Shown here: in pieces, positions 61,044-64,000 of the stretch
How positions within the stretch are numbered: the first letter of the stretch is position 1
Layout: each line of letters begins with the position of its first letter
Assembly (NCBI GenBank): GCA_005772855.1
Contig: SXIK01000008.1
Coordinates: 11,344 to 75,343 of the forward strand
Length of the DNA stretch: 64,000 bases
Source: Planctomycetia bacterium
Lineage (GTDB): Bacteria > Planctomycetota > UBA8108 > SXIK01
Direction of reading: 5' to 3'
The notes under the pieces: model-generated
The model's input: the letters and a program-made list of their open reading frames with translations, nothing else
The model's database searches: none
What the model was told of the DNA's origin: nothing
Translations under genes and position numbers: made by a program

Positions 61044-61473
61044 CCAATCTTTGTTAAGTTTCCGAGATTTGGACCCATAGAGCCTATTTCAGTTGCCGCT
61101 CCTGGCTTCGGCAGGCTGCACGCTCGCGATGCTATCCCGCCGCTCTCTACGCCTTGTGCGAGCACAGCTCGGACTCGCTGTATTCTCCGTAATACTTCTT
61201 CGTCCTTGCTCCCGGGGTACCCGCGAGAGCGGGTCGCGCGGGCGTTCGCTCGTGCCTCGGGCCTTACGGATCGACTGCTAAAATAGGCTCTTGGAGGGAC
61301 GATCCAGGAGGATCTCAAGCGCATGGGGATTTCGAGGCAGTAAGCCCACCCGAGTCCTGAGCTCCTGTTTTGTTGAGAGAGTTTTCAGCCTTTACATATC
61401 CACAATGCATCCCGTTGCCTGATTGGCCTCTGGGCTTGACGTTGGCCCCAAGCGGGACGGAATAAACTCGTCT

Positions 61474-63438
61474 ATGGCTTTGCAAACAATTTGGAGCGTT
61501 GACCTCGGGAAAGCCGCCTTGAAGGCTGTGAAGCTTCGACGTGAGAAAAACAGCGTGGAGATCCTGGCTGTCGACAAGGTGGACTATCCACTGAGCGAAA
61601 ACGGAGTCGACGTCGCGGCTCAGCAGAAGGAAGCGCTCAATGTCTTCAGGACGCGCAACGAGGTCAAGGATCCGGTCGTGGTCGCCCACCCGGGTCAGGG
61701 CACCTTTTCCCGCTTCATCAAGGTGCCGGCGATTGATTCGAAAAAAGTTCGCGACATGGTCCGTTACGAGGCGTCGCAGCAGATCCCCTTCCCGCTCGAT
61801 GAGGTCATCTGGGACTACCACATAGTCGATCGGGCGTATCTGGCCGGGGAGGAGCGAGAGGTCGGCCTTTTCGCCGTCCGCAAGGAGGCGATCGACGACT
61901 ACATCCTGGAGTTCACGCAGGAGGGCCTTTCGGTCGAGTTGCTCTCGATTGGTTATTTGGGACTCTTGAATTTCATCCGCTTCGACATCAACCCCGAGGA
62001 GCCTTCGATCATCATCGACGTCGGCGCGGCCCATACGGACCTGGTTATCGTTGACGGTCCGCGTTTCTGGATTCGCCCTTTGCCGCACTCGGGGAACGAC
62101 ATCTCGAAGGCCATCATGTCGCGCTTCAAGCTGGGGTTTCCTGAAGCCGAGAAGCTCAAGATTGAGACAGGCAAGGCTCCTCAGCAGGCTGAGAAGATAT
62201 TCAAGGCTGTGATTCAGCCGAAGCTCCAGGAGCTCGTGCAGGAGGTGCAGCGGTCCCTCGGCTATTACCGAAGCCAGCATGGCGAGACCCAGTTCACGAA
62301 GGTCTACCTCCTCGGAGGCGGCTCAAAGGTCGTTGGAATCAAAAAGTTCCTCGAAGACTCCCTCGGCATGCCGGTGGAGAAAGTTGCGTCGATCGGTCGC
62401 ATGCGCGTGAGCCGCGACGTGAACGTCAAGCTGCTTCAGAGCGACCTTCCTGCTTTCGGCACGGCCCTTGGCCTTGGGATTCAGGCGGTGGGCGCCGGGC
62501 AGTGTCAGGTCGACCTCGTGCCCAAGGAGGAGAAGGTAAGGAAGCAGATCAGCCGCAAGCGGAAGCACGTGTTTTTCGCTGCCGGAATTTTGTTCCTGGC
62601 GATCCTGGCTTCCTGGGGCTTCATTGAAAGCCGGATCAAGAAAGTGGACGACCTGATCGCGGAAGTCACAAAAGGTAGGATCGTCCAGGAAGCTTCGAGC
62701 AAGGCCATGCAAGAAAAGATCAAGAGTCTTGAGCAGCAGAGCAACAAGACGCTCTCGAAAGTGCTTGAGGATCTTGAACAGCTCGGAGAAGTCCGCCAGG
62801 GCGTACTCGCGGGTCTCAGGGCTCTCGAGCGTGTCGAGGCGCAGTTTGCCCGCAAGGAGCCCCTGGAGGGTCAAGTGACCGCCGGCGACGACGACGCGAG
62901 GAAAAAATTGGTTGAAGATGCCCAGATCCGCATGAAGGAACGCGCCTGGATTCCCTACTTGAAGGCGGAGTTGGTGCATTACCCCGAGGATTCAGCTCGA
63001 TCCACGGGTGGAGCTGCCAAAGCCCCGGGCGGTTCTCGTAGTGAGCAAAAGCCAACCGCCCCGGGCTACAAGTTCACTGCTTATGCGGTAGTGAAGGAGG
63101 CGGAAAATCAGCAAGCTTCGGCCGAGGCGATCAAGACCCTTGTGACGACTCCACTGAAGAATGAGCTGAACAACCCTGCCCGAAAGTGGACGAAGCTTCT
63201 GGATATAGAGGTGAAAGCTGGTGTCTCGGGGCTCAAGAACATCTCCCATGCTTCCGGGGGCGGCCAGGGCACCACCAGGGATGACCTGCCGGAGACGCAG
63301 GGTGGGCCCTTCTTCGGCCAGGAGCTCCAGTGGTACATGTTGCCGCGGTTTGCCGCGCAACCCCGGGTTCCTGAAGCCTCGCCTGAAGAGGTCTCAGAGG
63401 TCGGAAAAAAGCCCCCAGTGAAAAAGCAGAAGCCGTAG
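61474..63438 (+). CDS. pilM: Second PilM, fused to a PilN-like TM/periplasmic part
   Basis: WSVDLGKAALKAVKL, VRYEASQQIPFPLDEVIWDY, IIDVGA, SGNDIS, LLGGGS, ALGLG; then VDLVP, a TM segment and a coiled coil. Confidence 0.88.
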   Translation: MALQTIWSVDLGKAALKAVKLRREKNSVEILAVDKVDYPLSENGVDVAAQQKEALNVFRTRNEVKDPVVVAHPGQGTFSRFIKVPAIDSKKVRDMVRYEASQQIPFPLDEVIWDYHIVDRAYLAGEEREVGLFAVRKEAIDDYILEFTQEGLSVELLSIGYLGLLNFIRFDINPEEPSIIIDVGAAHTDLVIVDGPRFWIRPLPHSGNDISKAIMSRFKLGFPEAEKLKIETGKAPQQAEKIFKAVIQPKLQELVQEVQRSLGYYRSQHGETQFTKVYLLGGGSKVVGIKKFLEDSLGMPVEKVASIGRMRVSRDVNVKLLQSDLPAFGTALGLGIQAVGAGQCQVDLVPKEEKVRKQISRKRKHVFFAAGILFLAILASWGFIESRIKKVDDLIAEVTKGRIVQEASSKAMQEKIKSLEQQSNKTLSKVLEDLEQLGEVRQGVLAGLRALERVEAQFARKEPLEGQVTAGDDDARKKLVEDAQIRMKERAWIPYLKAELVHYPEDSARSTGGAAKAPGGSRSEQKPTAPGYKFTAYAVVKEAENQQASAEAIKTLVTTPLKNELNNPARKWTKLLDIEVKAGVSGLKNISHASGGGQGTTRDDLPETQGGPFFGQELQWYMLPRFAAQPRVPEASPEEVSEVGKKPPVKKQKP

Positions 63439-63463
63439 TCACCCGAGAAATAGCCGCATACTC

Positions 63464-64000
63464 ATGGAAAAGCTCAAGCAGCACGGATTTCTGATTGCGG
63501 TCGGGGCCACCGGTCTCGTCTTGATCAGCCTCATGATCTTCCTCGTCTTCCAGCCGATCGGGCACCTCGCCGATGCTCGAAGCCGACTGGAAGCCAAGAT
63601 CAAGCAGGTGAACGACCTTTCCAAACGCAAGGATCCTCTCTCGAAGGAAATCCAGCCTTATACGAAGAAGTACGAGGCATTCCTCGACAAGAAGAAGGCT
63701 GCATTTGAGGAGGCCAGAGAGAAGGGGGTTGAGGCTTACGTGGCGCTCTCGAGGTCCTTCACTCTTTTCTTCGATGACCAGGAGACGCCTCCGCCCCTGT
63801 CGGAATTTAGCGCGAGGTACAAGGATGAGCTTGACAAGCTGATCAAGGACTACCGGGACAAGTTCAACATCAAGCCTGATCCTGCTCTGGTGCCGGGGCA
63901 GGAAGCCGACAAGGACCCAACTCCACCCAGGATCGATCGGGTCACAGAGCAGCTGGACAGCGAAGAAAAAGTCCCGCTGGTCATGCGGGAGTTTTGGTTT
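63464..64000 (+). CDS. Bitopic coiled-coil protein in the PilO position of the second operon; runs off the window
   Basis: Manual translation MEKLKQHGFLIAVGATGLVLISLMIFLVFQP... is open to 64000. It is absent from the track because there is no stop. Confidence 0.7.
   Translation, partial: MEKLKQHGFLIAVGATGLVLISLMIFLVFQPIGHLADARSRLEAKIKQVNDLSKRKDPLSKEIQPYTKKYEAFLDKKKAAFEEAREKGVEAYVALSRSFTLFFDDQETPPPLSEFSARYKDELDKLIKDYRDKFNIKPDPALVPGQEADKDPTPPRIDRVTEQLDSEEKVPLVMREFWF

Noticed and set aside
60265-61473. Possible oriC
   Set aside because: Only one imperfect DnaA box (ATATCCACA, 61396-61404) was found, with no box cluster and no clear AT-rich unwinding element.
61044-61473. c-di-GMP-I or -II riboswitch before pilM
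   Set aside because: The diagnostic GGCAAAC...GAAA...GACGCAAAGC and class II consensus segments were not found by eye; an Infernal search is needed.
1-64000. Prophage, integrase, transposase, rRNA, tRNA or defence-system genes
   Set aside because: No such motifs were recognised; all long ORFs are accounted for by housekeeping, envelope or signalling families.

Overview
A 64-kb, GC-rich, densely coding bacterial chromosomal segment, mostly core genome. The domain architectures point to Planctomycetota/PVC (inference, not proven): DUF4388-TPR-propeller, CRTAC1/ASPIC lipoprotein, kinase-FGE fusion, PilM-PilN fusion. Gene order: HEAT-repeat S41 protease (partial), comM, a 41-aa membrane ORF, asd-truA, a PTS(Ntr)-like cluster (hpf-ptsN-yvcK-ptsH-ptsI), type IV pilus operon 1 (pilMNO, TPR/PilP-slot gene, secretin), rne-rplU-rpmA-obgE-pilT, coaX-mnmE-pyrR-pyrB-pyrC, an orphan histidine kinase, a secreted low-complexity/TPR protein, sppA, a CRTAC1-like lipoprotein, a sigma54 activator, leuS, a CYTH-like gene, a frameshifted pseudokinase-FGE gene divergent from a DUF4388-TPR-propeller gene, a five-gene Mla/MCE-type operon, lptD-coaD-udg, a 1.2-kb non-coding region, and the start of a second pilus operon. 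No rRNA, tRNA, CRISPR array or transposase was recognised. The strongest candidate for an undescribed system is the MCE operon. In it, MlaFED are translationally coupled to an aromatic [WLF]P[FL]-repeat lipoprotein and a ~1,890-aa propeller/TPR/CBM9-like protein, with no MlaA/B/C in the window, and the operon is divergent from lptD. Other highlights: three of five genes in the coaX-pyrC run have lost canonical catalytic residues (including an apparent pseudo-dihydroorotase); a 59-bp direct repeat flanks udg; and several promoters look leaderless. All calls come from motif reading only; no searches were run.
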